The notes below the pieces were generated by a model, which made no database searches, had not been told where the DNA came from, and saw only the letters and a program-made list of their open reading frames with translations. 23,932 bases of DNA, taken from the NCBI GenBank assembly GCA_964244895.1, contig CAXTKV010000062.1, forward strand, positions 1-23,932, in the 5' to 3' direction. The position numbers and the translations under genes were made by a program. This document shows positions 1-8,897 of the stretch, piece after piece (positions within the stretch are counted from its first letter, which is position 1; each line of letters begins with the position of its first letter). This DNA is from an uncultured Deinococcales bacterium. Lineage in GTDB: Bacteria > Deinococcota > Deinococci > Deinococcales > JAAFIG01.

Positions 1-287
1 GCCATCCCGGCCCAGGCCATAAGAGGATAGCCGTCCAGTACGAGGGTGTCAACTTTGAATGAACTGGAAAGGCTCGGCCCGGAGTTAAACCGTCAGCGAC
101 ACAAAAACAGCTTCGATAGACTTGAGATTCTGAGACATGCTGGGGATTGAAACGAAAATTCATCTATGAGATGACATTCGGATGACTTTTGAACCCGTTC
201 TTGAAAAGCGGTCTCGGATATTGTCAGACGGCAGCGCGATGTTGAATGATGCTGATCCTTTCGAGGATTCCCGGTGGAGGTCAACCC

Positions 288-572
288 ATGAGGCAGCAGC
301 GCAACGATGAACGCCCCGCAGTGATCGTGTTGCACCGTGGCATGGTGCCTGTCTCGAGATCCAGGTCGCGCGATGCGTTGTTCGAGGTGGCGACGATCCT
401 CTCGAATTTAGAGCGGAGGCATGCGCAAGTTGCAGAGGTGGAATCATTGCGGACTGCGCTCAAGCAGCTCGAGCATTCGTTTTCGGGCGTCGCGCTCGAG
501 GCGGCGTTAGAACAGGCTGAAGGATTACGAGCGCGAGCGGCGAATCTGTACGCGAGTACGATCCGAGATTGA
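288..572 (+). CDS. Hypothetical helical protein (94 aa)
   Basis: Open frame (ORF track 246..572). GGAGG at 276-280 lies 7 nt before ATG 288. Converges on phnM. No family recognised. Confidence 0.5.
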   Translation: MRQQRNDERPAVIVLHRGMVPVSRSRSRDALFEVATILSNLERRHAQVAEVESLRTALKQLEHSFSGVALEAALEQAEGLRARAANLYASTIRD

Positions 573-582
573 GTTTCGGGTT

Positions 583-1749
583 TCAAATCTGAACGAAGGT
601 TTGCGGCTCGAGGGTCGGCAGGGAGCCGTCACTGTAAATAGTGCGTCCCTGACGGATGGTGGCTCGGACGCGCGGCAGGGTGCGGGAATCGATGATGTTC
701 AGGTCGGCGCGCAGCCCGACCTCGAGCCGTCCCCGGTCGGTCAGTCCGGCTGACCGGGCGGGGTTTTCGGTGATCAGTTGGATGGCGCGCTCGAGCGGCA
801 GCAGGCCGGATTGGGCGATGGCGAAGGCGCTCTGCACCAGCGACGCGGGGTGGTAGTCGGCGCACAACAGATCAACTGCTCCGGCGCGGATGGCGTCCAG
901 GGCGTTGAGGTTACCGGAATGAGAACCTCCCCTCAGGGCGTTCGGTGCGCCCATCGCCACGAACATGCCGTGCGATTTGGCGGTGAGCGCGGCCTCGAGG
1001 GTCACGGGAAATTCGCTGATGGTCGTATTGAGGGCGTGCATGACGGAAACTTTTTCTGGTGTGTCGTCGTCGTGAGACGCGAGCGGGACGTTGCGGGATT
1101 GTGCGAGCCGCGCTATTTCGTGGGCCACATCCCAGGACACGGGCGTGCCCAGGCCAGCCGTGGCTGTTTCCCTGGCGCGTTCGCGGTCGCCGCCGAGCCA
1201 TTTGGTCATGTATTCGATGTAGGTTTCCAGGTCGCGGAATTGCCCTTGACCGGGCGTGTGATCCATCAATGAAACCATGTGAATCTGGTCGGCGGACAGG
1301 CCATCGGCCAGGAGCGCCGTGCCGGACGGCAGGCTGACCTCGAAGCGAGCGTGAACGCGCAAATCCACGCTCAGCTGGTCGCGCGCGGCGTTGACGGATG
1401 CGATCAGGCTTCTGGCGCGTTCCTCGGAGCGCAAGCCCGGCCCGTCCGCCAGCGCAATCGCGGCGTAGGCGGTCGTGATGCCGTTGGCCGCGAGGCGCTG
1501 GTCGAGCTGCTGCAGGGCCAGTTCGACCGGGAAGAACGTGCCGGGTCTGGGCTCGAGTTCGCGTTCGATCATGTCGCCATGAATGTCCACGATGCCCGGA
1601 ATGATGCTCAGGCCGCGCGCGTCAATCACGTGTCCGGTGAGGCGCGTTGGACGATCCGGCGCGATCTCGGCGATCACGCCTTCCTCGAGCCGGATGGAAC
1701 CCTGCGCGACGCGATCCGGCAGCACCAGTTGCGCGTCAGTGAGCCACAC
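583..1749 (-). CDS. phnM: Alpha-D-ribose 1-methylphosphonate 5-triphosphate diphosphatase PhnM (copy 2, cluster-distal)
   Basis: PGIVDIHGD..E..PRP, MDHTPGQGQFRD, ASHDD, SEFP, MGAPNALRGGSHSGN, ADYHP and GRLEVGLRAD motifs. GGAGG upstream of the GTG start; overlaps the phnL end. Confidence 0.95.
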   Translation of the reverse strand: MWLTDAQLVLPDRVAQGSIRLEEGVIAEIAPDRPTRLTGHVIDARGLSIIPGIVDIHGDMIERELEPRPGTFFPVELALQQLDQRLAANGITTAYAAIALADGPGLRSEERARSLIASVNAARDQLSVDLRVHARFEVSLPSGTALLADGLSADQIHMVSLMDHTPGQGQFRDLETYIEYMTKWLGGDRERARETATAGLGTPVSWDVAHEIARLAQSRNVPLASHDDDTPEKVSVMHALNTTISEFPVTLEAALTAKSHGMFVAMGAPNALRGGSHSGNLNALDAIRAGAVDLLCADYHPASLVQSAFAIAQSGLLPLERAIQLITENPARSAGLTDRGRLEVGLRADLNIIDSRTLPRVRATIRQGRTIYSDGSLPTLEPQTFVQI

Positions 1750-2473
1750 GCGCGACCTCCTCGAGCTCGCGTTGATCGGCGGGTGATTGGTTGGCGGGGC
1801 GCGCGATCTCGAGGCGCTGATCGATCAATCCCTCGACATCTTCCGGGTGGTGAAACACGCCGATCATCGCCACGCCCTCGCGCTTGAGGACTTCCAGGCG
1901 CGCGTACAGGGCGGCCCGAGCGATCGCGTCGAGGGAGGCCGTGGGTTCGTCCAGCAACAGCAGGCGGCGCGGGCGGATCAGGGCGCGCGCCAGGTTGACT
2001 TTTTGTTGTTCGCCGCCGGAGAAGGTCGTGGGGTACGCCTGCCAGAGTTCAGCCTTGAGATCGAAGGCGCCGAGCATCGAGGCCGCCACCTCGAGCGCGT
2101 TGGTGCGGGTCTGACCGTCGTGCAGCAGGGGTTCGGCCACCAGTTCCAGGGCGCTGACCCGAGGTCGGGGTCGCAGGAACTGCGTCACAAAACCGATTTC
2201 AAAGTCGCGCAACCAGGCGATGTCCTCGTCGGCGGCGCGCACCAGGTCGATCTGACCGCGCTCGGAATCGTAGAGCGCGGCACCGCCGGAAGAGCGGTAC
2301 GAGCGGTACAGGCAGCGCAGCAGGGTGCTTTTACCGACGCCGTTCGGTCCCGTCACCAGCGCGAAGCGGCCCGGTTCCAGCGAGAGTTCGAGTCGGTCGA
2401 ATGCCGTGACCTCGCGCCCGATGGCGTGAATGAAAAAGTGTTTGGAAAGCCCTTCGAGACGCAGCAAGCTCAC
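1736..2473 (-). CDS. phnL: C-P lyase ABC-type ATPase PhnL
   Basis: GPNGVGKS, IGFVTQFLR, PTTFSGGEQQKVNLAR, LLLLDEPTASLD, GVFH. AGGAGG 7 nt before GTG. Confidence 0.93.
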   Translation of the reverse strand: MSLLRLEGLSKHFFIHAIGREVTAFDRLELSLEPGRFALVTGPNGVGKSTLLRCLYRSYRSSGGAALYDSERGQIDLVRAADEDIAWLRDFEIGFVTQFLRPRPRVSALELVAEPLLHDGQTRTNALEVAASMLGAFDLKAELWQAYPTTFSGGEQQKVNLARALIRPRRLLLLDEPTASLDAIARAALYARLEVLKREGVAMIGVFHHPEDVEGLIDQRLEIARPANQSPADQRELEEVARVAH

Positions 2474-3255
2474 AGTACGGCCTCCTGGACGGTTTTTTCG
2501 GATTCAAACGTCGCGTTTTTCGGTTGCGGCTCGAGCTGTTCGACCCGGCGCGCGCCCCGCTCGACCAACCGAGCGATCTCGAGGGGCATACCGCTTTTCT
2601 CGATCATCCGCACGGCTCCCTTGAGATCGTAGCGCACCCGGTGAAATCCGATCTCGAGCGTGTCCGTGTCCAGCAGCGCGAAGGAGGCGCGCGTGTCCCC
2701 GTCCAGGCTGCGCCCGACCGCGCCCGGATTGACCATCGCCCGAGAGCTGACCCGGTGGGCAAAAGCGCGGTGCGTGTGACCCATCACGATCACGTCTGCG
2801 TCCACCCGGCGCGCCAGTTGCTCCATCGCCTGCGGGTACTCGGGTTCGTACCAGGCATCCAGGTACTCCAATCCCGCGTGTACCACGGCCACGTGCAGGC
2901 CCTCGAAGCTGAAACGCATGACCCACGGCAGGCTCGCCAGGTAGCGCTTGTCTCCCGGCAGGACGTTCTCGAGCGTCCAGCGCAAGGCGGCCCGCTTGAG
3001 GGGCTCGTTGCGCGGGCTGGACGGCGTGCGGCTGGCCGTTTCCAGGTCGTGCGCGACGGCATAATCGTAATTGCCGCAGACGCTCGGGATGCCGCGTTCT
3101 CGCATCAGTTTGATCACGCCGGACGGTTGCGCGCCGTAGCACACCAGATCGCCCGCGCAGAGCGTGAATTCCGCACCCTCCTCCTCCAGGGAATGGATCA
3201 CCGCCTTGAGCGCGTGCAGGTTCGCGTGCACATCCGCGATCAGACCGATCTTCAT
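2470..3255 (-). CDS. YfcE/MJ0936-like calcineurin-superfamily metallophosphoesterase
   Basis: ADVH, GDLV, GNYD, VH, GHTH and NPG motifs in order. GTGA overlap with the phnL start. Confidence 0.9.
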   Translation of the reverse strand: MKIGLIADVHANLHALKAVIHSLEEEGAEFTLCAGDLVCYGAQPSGVIKLMRERGIPSVCGNYDYAVAHDLETASRTPSSPRNEPLKRAALRWTLENVLPGDKRYLASLPWVMRFSFEGLHVAVVHAGLEYLDAWYEPEYPQAMEQLARRVDADVIVMGHTHRAFAHRVSSRAMVNPGAVGRSLDGDTRASFALLDTDTLEIGFHRVRYDLKGAVRMIEKSGMPLEIARLVERGARRVEQLEPQPKNATFESEKTVQEAVL

Positions 3256-3262
3256 TCACAAC

Positions 3263-3294
3263 GTTGTAGTCGCGAACTGTCATGAATATGTCTC
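3263..3294 (-). promoter_or_regulatory. Putative Pho-box-like direct repeat plus -10, leaderless promoter for metallophosphoesterase-phnL-phnM
   Basis: Minus strand reads GAGACA-N5-ATGACA-N9-TACAAC-N7-ATG(3255). Confidence 0.55.
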
Positions 3295-3433
3295 GAGAAT
3301 GCAGTCCAGGACGGTAGAAAAGTCAGATTCGCACAGTTTTTGTTGACCCAGACGGCGTTCCCGAACTGAGCCAAGCATGCGAGAACACCGTTCAGCACGC
3401 GAGATTCGATTTGCGTCCAGGACGGTGTTCTGA
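3292..3433. repeat. Palindromic intergenic repeat, 4 partial copies
   Basis: Degenerate matches to GAGAACACCGT-N5-ACGGTGTTCTC centred at ~3308, 3349, 3394 and 3419. Confidence 0.75.
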
Positions 3434-3551
3434 GCACCTGGGTGCTCGAGACGCACTCGGATTCTTGGTATGGGGGCGCTGCAAAACCTGTGCCGCAACC
3501 GATTTTTTCTCGAGCCACCCTCTCGAGAAGGTGCCGTTTCCCTTCGACCGC

Positions 3552-4376
3552 TCAAAGCTTCGCGTGGACGAGTTGTTGCGTGTAGGGGTGCTGCGGGTCT
3601 TCCAAGACCTGATCGGTCAGGCCGGATTCGACCACGCGCCCGGCGCGCATGACCATCACGCGGTCGGAGAGCGTGCGGATCACGCCCAGGTCGTGCGAGA
3701 CGAGCACCATCGTCATGGTGTACTCGAACTGAAGGCGCTTGAGGGTGTCCAGCACGAGCGCCTGAACGCTCACATCCAATCCAGTCGTGGGTTCGTCCAG
3801 CAAGAGCAGCGTCGGCTCTAAGGCGATGGCCTTGGCGAGTTGCACGCGCTGCTGCATGCCGCCCGAAAGCCGCGCGGGCCAGTCATCCATGCGCGAAAGC
3901 GGGAACTCGCTGGCCTGCAACGAGGCGCGGGCCGCGCGGCGCAAGCCCGCGAAGTTCCGTTCGCCCGCCAGGATCAGGCGTTCGGCCACGTTGCCGGACG
4001 AGGTGGATCGCATCCGCAAGCCCAGCATCGGGTTCTGGTACACGATCCCGATGTGCCGCACGCGCGCCTCGCGCCGCTCGAAGCGGTTCAGGGCGAACAG
4101 GTCGCGCCCTTTGAGCCCGTCGGCGATCAGCGAGTACGATCCCGCGTCGGCGCTCTCTTCGAGGTTCAGCAGCCTCAGAACCGTGCTCTTGCCGCTGCCG
4201 GATTCCCCGACGATGCCCAGCACCTCGCCGGGGTAAGCGTGCAGGCTCACATCCTGGAGCGCCTGCACGGTTCCGTTGGAGGTTTCATAGCGCTTGCACA
4301 GGCCGACCGCGCGCAGGATCGGGCTGGCTTCGATCAATCGCGGTGGCTCGAGCGGAATCGGTTGCAGCATCGTCAC
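3552..4376 (-). CDS. phnK: C-P lyase ABC-type ATPase PhnK
   Basis: GIVGESGSGKS, SSGNVAERL, LSGGMQQRVQLA, DEPTTGLDVSVQA, VSHDL, VVESGLTDQVLEDPQHPYTQQLV. Confidence 0.95.
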   Translation of the reverse strand: MTMLQPIPLEPPRLIEASPILRAVGLCKRYETSNGTVQALQDVSLHAYPGEVLGIVGESGSGKSTVLRLLNLEESADAGSYSLIADGLKGRDLFALNRFERREARVRHIGIVYQNPMLGLRMRSTSSGNVAERLILAGERNFAGLRRAARASLQASEFPLSRMDDWPARLSGGMQQRVQLAKAIALEPTLLLLDEPTTGLDVSVQALVLDTLKRLQFEYTMTMVLVSHDLGVIRTLSDRVMVMRAGRVVESGLTDQVLEDPQHPYTQQLVHAKL

Positions 4377-4386
4377 GGTGAACCTT

Positions 4387-4441
4387 TCGAAGACCGTCCG
4401 GGACGGTACTCAGAGAATGCGTCCAGGACGGTATTCTCGAG
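4387..4441. repeat. Palindromic repeat pair between phnJ and phnK
   Basis: ACCGTccgggACGGT (centre 4400) and gagaaTGCGTccaggACGGTattctcgag (centre 4425). Confidence 0.85.
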
Positions 4442-4463
4442 ATCAACCCCGCGTGGAAACGGG

Positions 4464-5411
4464 TTAGGCATCCTGATCCTTCAAGTAGCCCTCGATGTAG
4501 AACGCGCCATCGTCGTCGAAATACGTCTGCCCGATCCGGACGACCTCGCCCTGGACGCGCTGACTGAGCTTGTCGCGGTAGCCGGAATCGGAGACCTCGT
4601 AGCGGGACGCGCCACCTTCCAAGGGGATCTCGTTCATGAATTTATGCCGCGCGCCGTTGCTGGCGTCCACCCAATCGCCTTGATCCTCGACCTGGAACGG
4701 CACGTCCTCGAACTCGATCGGTAGCACGTTCGTGTAGGGCGGCACGGCGTACAGGCGCTTCTCGCGACCCGCCGAGAGGATCGTCAGGTGCGCGGCCTGA
4801 TGGAGTTTGGGCGTGTCCCAGCGCGGGATTGGGCTGGGCGCCATGGCGTAGCGCGCGTGAACCATGACCGGGTAATCGGAGCCGTGCGTGACCTCGCGGT
4901 ACTTGACCAGATCCTCGTAGAGCCCGAGCCACAACAGGGCGTAATCGGCGTCGGCGTGCATCTCGCGGGCTTTGGCGTAACTGGGTTCCACGCCGGAAAG
5001 GACTTCCGGTACGGGCACCTGCAGCACCAGCACCTGGTGTTCCTGCAAGATTTCTTCCGGGATGCGGTGGCGCGACTGAATCAGCGTGGCGGCCATCGCG
5101 TCCGTGGTGGTCTGCACGCCCGTCATGCGCGCGATGAAACGCCGCAGGTTGGCGGCGTTGACGCTGTCGTCGTCGCCCTGGTCGATGACCTTCACGACAT
5201 CCGTTGGCCCGACCAGCGCCAGCGTGACCTGCAGGCCGCCCGTGCCCCAGCCGCGAGCCATCGGAACCTCTCGCGATGCGTACGGAACCTGGTATCCGGG
5301 AATGGCGATGGCCTTGAGCATGCGCCGCCGCAACTCGCGCTTGGCGAAGGCATCCAGGAACGCGTAGGCGTAATCCTGGCGCGCGAACGCCAGGTCTGAA
5401 ACGCGGCTCAC
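4464..5411 (-). CDS. phnJ: C-P lyase subunit PhnJ, cysteine-free variant
   Basis: Y.YAFLD, KAIAIPGYQVPYASRE, GWGTGGLQVT, KVIDQG.DD, QSRHRIPE, PSPIPRWD, GREKRLYAVPPYT. GTG start at 5411 after GGGGGA; the ORF track extends to 5432. Confidence 0.93.
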   Translation of the reverse strand: MSRVSDLAFARQDYAYAFLDAFAKRELRRRMLKAIAIPGYQVPYASREVPMARGWGTGGLQVTLALVGPTDVVKVIDQGDDDSVNAANLRRFIARMTGVQTTTDAMAATLIQSRHRIPEEILQEHQVLVLQVPVPEVLSGVEPSYAKAREMHADADYALLWLGLYEDLVKYREVTHGSDYPVMVHARYAMAPSPIPRWDTPKLHQAAHLTILSAGREKRLYAVPPYTNVLPIEFEDVPFQVEDQGDWVDASNGARHKFMNEIPLEGGASRYEVSDSGYRDKLSQRVQGEVVRIGQTYFDDDGAFYIEGYLKDQDA

Positions 5412-5424
5412 GCGATCCCCCACA

Positions 5425-5488
5425 AAGAACACCGTCTGGGACGCGTTTTCTCGAGACTCAAGAATACCGTCTGGGACGGTCTTTCTGA
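5425..5488. repeat. Palindromic repeat pair between phnI and phnJ
   Basis: agaacACCGTctgggACGCG (centre 5438) and agaatACCGTctgggACGGT (centre 5473). Confidence 0.85.
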
Positions 5489-5598
5489 AAACCCAAGGCT
5501 CGTTTCTCGCGTGAGCGATGTCTTTCTGGCGGCCTGCGGCTCGCGGCTCGCGGCCCCTCCTCGAGCCATCGAGCCGTTCGGTTCTTGATGCTCGAGCC

Positions 5599-6726
5599 TC
5601 ATTTGTTCAACTCCACCGGCTCGGACTCCGGCGCGGCCTCGAGCGCATCAACGTCCAGCGAACCGCCCTGGCGCGCCTTGCGCACGCGATCCAGGTCGCT
5701 GGCGAAGGTCACGTAGTGCGGCAGTTTGTAGTGAATGCAGAACCCGGAGGCTTCGACGGGTTCCGTGTGGGACAGCACGAATTCCTCGGTGTGGGCCGGG
5801 TGCGGGTTGGGCAGGCTCATGGCGACATCCAGCATCGAGGCGGCGATCAATTTCGTCTCGTTCCAGCCCAGGCAGGCCGCGAAGCCCAAAGAAAGTTCCG
5901 GTGGGGTCTTGTTGGTCGTGAACTTCGTGACGACCTCTGCGGACGAAAACCGCACGCGCCCCGCGCTGAAGGCCGCCCCGGTGATCGGGTGTTCGAGGCG
6001 CACGTCCGCGTAGGCCAGACGCACCTCATTGACGGTCGGGTGAATGCCGCCGTAGTTGCGCATGTTGGCGTAACCGAGCGCCAGCACGCCGCCCGTGTCG
6101 GCTCTGGCCAACGCCTGAAGCCGGTGCGCCCGAGGTGCGGGGTAAACGGGCGGTTCTCGGGTCAAGTCCGGGATTCTGGCCGCGTCCCGAACGTCCGCGA
6201 TCGGCAATTCCGTTTTGGGCGAGAGCAACCCGACTTCGCGCTGCCAGTCCGCCAGGAACGCGTAGCTCGAGGGCGCGCGGCTCTGCGAAGCCGAAGAAAT
6301 CAAAGGTTGCCTGACTGGAGAAATCTGCTCGAGCATCTCGAACATCAAGACACGGTGGCTGTAATCGAGCGTCGGCCCCAGAATCTGACCGCCCGGAATG
6401 TCCTTGAAGGCCGCACTGATGCGCCGCACCGTGATCATGTGATCGGGCGAAACCGGCAGCGCGTAGGCCACGCGCGGCTGAGTGCTGCGGTACGCGCGCA
6501 GCAGCAGCACCGCCTCGTACAGATCGCCGCCCGTCTGCGCCAGGGCCAGCGCGGCCAGGTCTGGCGCGTACAGGGAACCCTCACCCATGATCCGATCCAG
6601 CAGGTACGGCAGCTTGGCCTCGAGCGCCTCGACGAAAGCCCGGTCGAAATCACCGTTCAGGAGGCGGTAGAGGGCTTCCGCGCTCTGGATGGCGTTCTCT
6701 CCGCCTCTGGCAGCGACGTAAGCCAT
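5599..6726 (-). CDS. phnI: C-P lyase subunit PhnI
   Basis: MAYVAARGGE.AI, EGSLY.P.LAALA, LLRAYRST, RRISAAFKDIPGGQILGPT.DY, SGF..H.KLPHYV with both metal-ligand His. Start taken at ATG 6726. Confidence 0.96.
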   Translation of the reverse strand: MAYVAARGGENAIQSAEALYRLLNGDFDRAFVEALEAKLPYLLDRIMGEGSLYAPDLAALALAQTGGDLYEAVLLLRAYRSTQPRVAYALPVSPDHMITVRRISAAFKDIPGGQILGPTLDYSHRVLMFEMLEQISPVRQPLISSASQSRAPSSYAFLADWQREVGLLSPKTELPIADVRDAARIPDLTREPPVYPAPRAHRLQALARADTGGVLALGYANMRNYGGIHPTVNEVRLAYADVRLEHPITGAAFSAGRVRFSSAEVVTKFTTNKTPPELSLGFAACLGWNETKLIAASMLDVAMSLPNPHPAHTEEFVLSHTEPVEASGFCIHYKLPHYVTFASDLDRVRKARQGGSLDVDALEAAPESEPVELNK

Positions 6727-6727
6727 C

Positions 6728-7351
6728 TCAGACGGCACCATTCGAGGTCGTGTCTTGCACGCTGATCAGCGTCGTGCGCGGCACGCCCAGCACGCGGGCG
6801 CTCGAGGCGTCCGTCTTCTCGACCAGGAACACGTCCCAGCCGAGCGGGTAGCTCGAGACGCGGTTCCTGAGCATCCAGAACGCTTCCGGCACGCCCCGAA
6901 CGCGGGCGCTGGATTCGGTCTGAATGCCGGGGCCGCTCAGACGCAACTCCGGGCCTGAACCGAAGGCGCAGGCGATCGCGATGGTCGCGGATTGATCCGG
7001 GTAGACCAGCGTTCCGATGTTCGCGCGCTCGAGTTGCGCGAGCGCGTCCGCATCGAGGCTCGAGAAGAACAGGTAGTCAGCCTCGCTCACGTCCCGGAAC
7101 GGCGCGCCCGTCCTCGAGAGCGCCGCCCGCAGTTCCGCGCTATTCGAGAAGAACCCGACCTCGAGATCGAGCAGCGCCTCCGCGATGGTTTCCAGCCCGG
7201 TGGAATCGCCGTCTCGGGACGCGAACCCCCTGATCTCTCCGGGACGCGACAGCGCCCACATCAGCGCCTGCGAGGTGCCGTGCTCGCGCAATTCGGTGTT
7301 TGAAAGCACCGGGTGTTGACCCCTGAGTTCTGACTCCTGGCCCCTGACCAC
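6728..7351 (-). CDS. phnH: C-P lyase subunit PhnH
   Basis: ALSRPG, LLD.EV, GT..YPD.SAT, L.GPGI, YPLG.D and G.PRTT motifs; position between phnG and phnI. Confidence 0.9.
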   Translation of the reverse strand: MVRGQESELRGQHPVLSNTELREHGTSQALMWALSRPGEIRGFASRDGDSTGLETIAEALLDLEVGFFSNSAELRAALSRTGAPFRDVSEADYLFFSSLDADALAQLERANIGTLVYPDQSATIAIACAFGSGPELRLSGPGIQTESSARVRGVPEAFWMLRNRVSSYPLGWDVFLVEKTDASSARVLGVPRTTLISVQDTTSNGAV

Positions 7352-7807
7352 CTAGAACGTCTCCATCTCGACGCGCGTGGATTCGACCCGTTCGAGCAGC
7401 AGCTCGTCCTCGAGTTCGAGCGCGCGCGATTGATCCTCGATGAAGGCAGCGATCCGCGCAGTCTGAAGGTTTTTGCTCAGGCACGCGTCCAGGATCGCCA
7501 CGGCCAGCGCCTGCTCGAGATCGCGGCCCAGGCAGGCGGTGTAGCCTTCGCGCCCACCGACGCGCACGCGGGCTTCGCTGACCAGCACCTCACCGATGTG
7601 AAAGGTCGTGCCGCGCGCGCTATCCACGGCGGGCAGCATCACCAGGCCCGTGCGGTTCTCGAGCACGATCACCTCGTGCTGGTCGCGTTCGAGTTCCTCG
7701 AGCACGCCGTCCACGAAGTCCTTGACGATCTGCGCGGGCGCTCGGTTGAGCGTGCCCAGCGTCGCGGATTGCAACTCCGGCGAGTAGGTCGCGCTCAACG
7801 GGAACAC
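7352..7807 (-). CDS. phnG: C-P lyase subunit PhnG
   Basis: TGLVML...DS....F.IGEVLVSEARV, A.A.LDA and C-terminal TRV..ETF. Start is GTG 7807 or TTG 7798. Confidence 0.88.
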   Translation of the reverse strand: MFPLSATYSPELQSATLGTLNRAPAQIVKDFVDGVLEELERDQHEVIVLENRTGLVMLPAVDSARGTTFHIGEVLVSEARVRVGGREGYTACLGRDLEQALAVAILDACLSKNLQTARIAAFIEDQSRALELEDELLLERVESTRVEMETF

Positions 7808-7862
7808 CGTCCTACACAGTCTTCCTCGAGACGGTAAAAATTGCGTCCAGGACGGTGTTTCT
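7801..7862. repeat. Palindromic repeat pair upstream of and overlapping the phnG start
   Basis: gaacACCGTcctacACAGT (centre 7813) and TGCGTccaggACGGTgttt (centre 7849). Confidence 0.8.
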
Positions 7863-7922
7863 GCATCTCGAGGCTCGGCATGATCGCGCTCACGAACGTA
7901 TCTGACCGCCCGAGCGTCATGA

Positions 7923-8771
7923 TCAGGTCAGGCGCTGGCGCACGGCGGACGACAGGGAATCCACCAGGAAAACCGACACCAGAATCAGCAAAATGATCGT
8001 GCTGGCCGCGCGGAAATCGAAACCGCGAATCGCTTCGGTGATGTAAAACCCGATGCCGCCCGCGCCGACGATGCCGAGCACGGTCGCGGCGCGCACGTTG
8101 GATTCGAAACGGTACAGCGTCATCGAGACGACGTGCGGCAAGACTTGCGGCCAGACGCCGTGCGTGAAGACCTGGAACGGGGTCGCGCCGGTGGCCTGCA
8201 CGGCCTCGATCTGACCGTGATCCACGACCTCGATGCCTTCAGAAAAAAGTTTCGCCAAAATGCCCGCCGTGTGAAGCGCCAATGCCAGAATGCCCGGAAA
8301 AGGCCCCAGCCCGACCGCCACCACGAACACCAGCGCCAGCACGAATTCGTTCAAGCCGCGCATGAAATCCAGCAACCGGCGCGTCACGACGTACACGACC
8401 GGGTGCGGGCTGGTGTTGCGGGCCGCCAGAATGGACAGCGGCACCGCCAGGATCACGGCCAGCAGCGTGCCCCAGAGCGCCATCTTGATCGTTAACAGCA
8501 TCTGCGCCAGGTATTCGGGGAAGCGCCTGAAATCTGGCGGAAAGAACCCGGAATTGGGCCGGTCGGCCTCGCCCGCCAGCAATTTCCAGCTTTCGCCAAG
8601 GCCACTGAACAACCGGGGCAAACTGATTTCCGTGCCGAAGTACGCCCAGACGACCACGGCCAGAATCGTGAGCCACATGGCGCGGTTCCAGAACAGCCTC
8701 GTCCTGACCGGGGCGGGCGGGTTGATGTTGACGGATTTCTGATTCTCGAAGCGCAGGCTGGGATTGGTCAT
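7923..8771 (-). CDS. phnE: Phosphonate ABC transporter permease PhnE
   Basis: Hydrophobic; GLGPFPGILALALHTAGILAKLFSE.IE, EA..ATGA, YRFE.NVR.ATVLG.VGAGGIG. Confidence 0.95.
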   Translation of the reverse strand: MTNPSLRFENQKSVNINPPAPVRTRLFWNRAMWLTILAVVVWAYFGTEISLPRLFSGLGESWKLLAGEADRPNSGFFPPDFRRFPEYLAQMLLTIKMALWGTLLAVILAVPLSILAARNTSPHPVVYVVTRRLLDFMRGLNEFVLALVFVVAVGLGPFPGILALALHTAGILAKLFSEGIEVVDHGQIEAVQATGATPFQVFTHGVWPQVLPHVVSMTLYRFESNVRAATVLGIVGAGGIGFYITEAIRGFDFRAASTIILLILVSVFLVDSLSSAVRQRLT

Positions 8772-8794
8772 TTCCGGTGTTGTCCTTTTGAATT

Positions 8795-8846
8795 GGCGCT
8801 CTGGACGGTGTTCTCACATCTCGAGAAGACCGTCCAGAACGGGTGC
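8795..8846. repeat. Palindromic repeat pair between phnD and phnE
   Basis: tctggACGGTgttctc (centre 8802) and ctcgagaagACCGTccagaACGGG (centre 8836). Confidence 0.8.
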
Positions 8847-8897
8847 TGCGTATTCAAGACCCGAGGGGATTCTCGCCCCCGCGAGCCGGGACGGGGC

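Noticed and set aside
3252..3555. Short ORFs between phnK and the phosphoesterase
   Set aside because: Made largely of repeat copies and a promoter, with atypical composition.
4464..4700. Frameshift as the cause of the missing PhnJ cysteines
   Set aside because: Flanking residues stay alignable in one frame through and past the motif, so these are substitutions.
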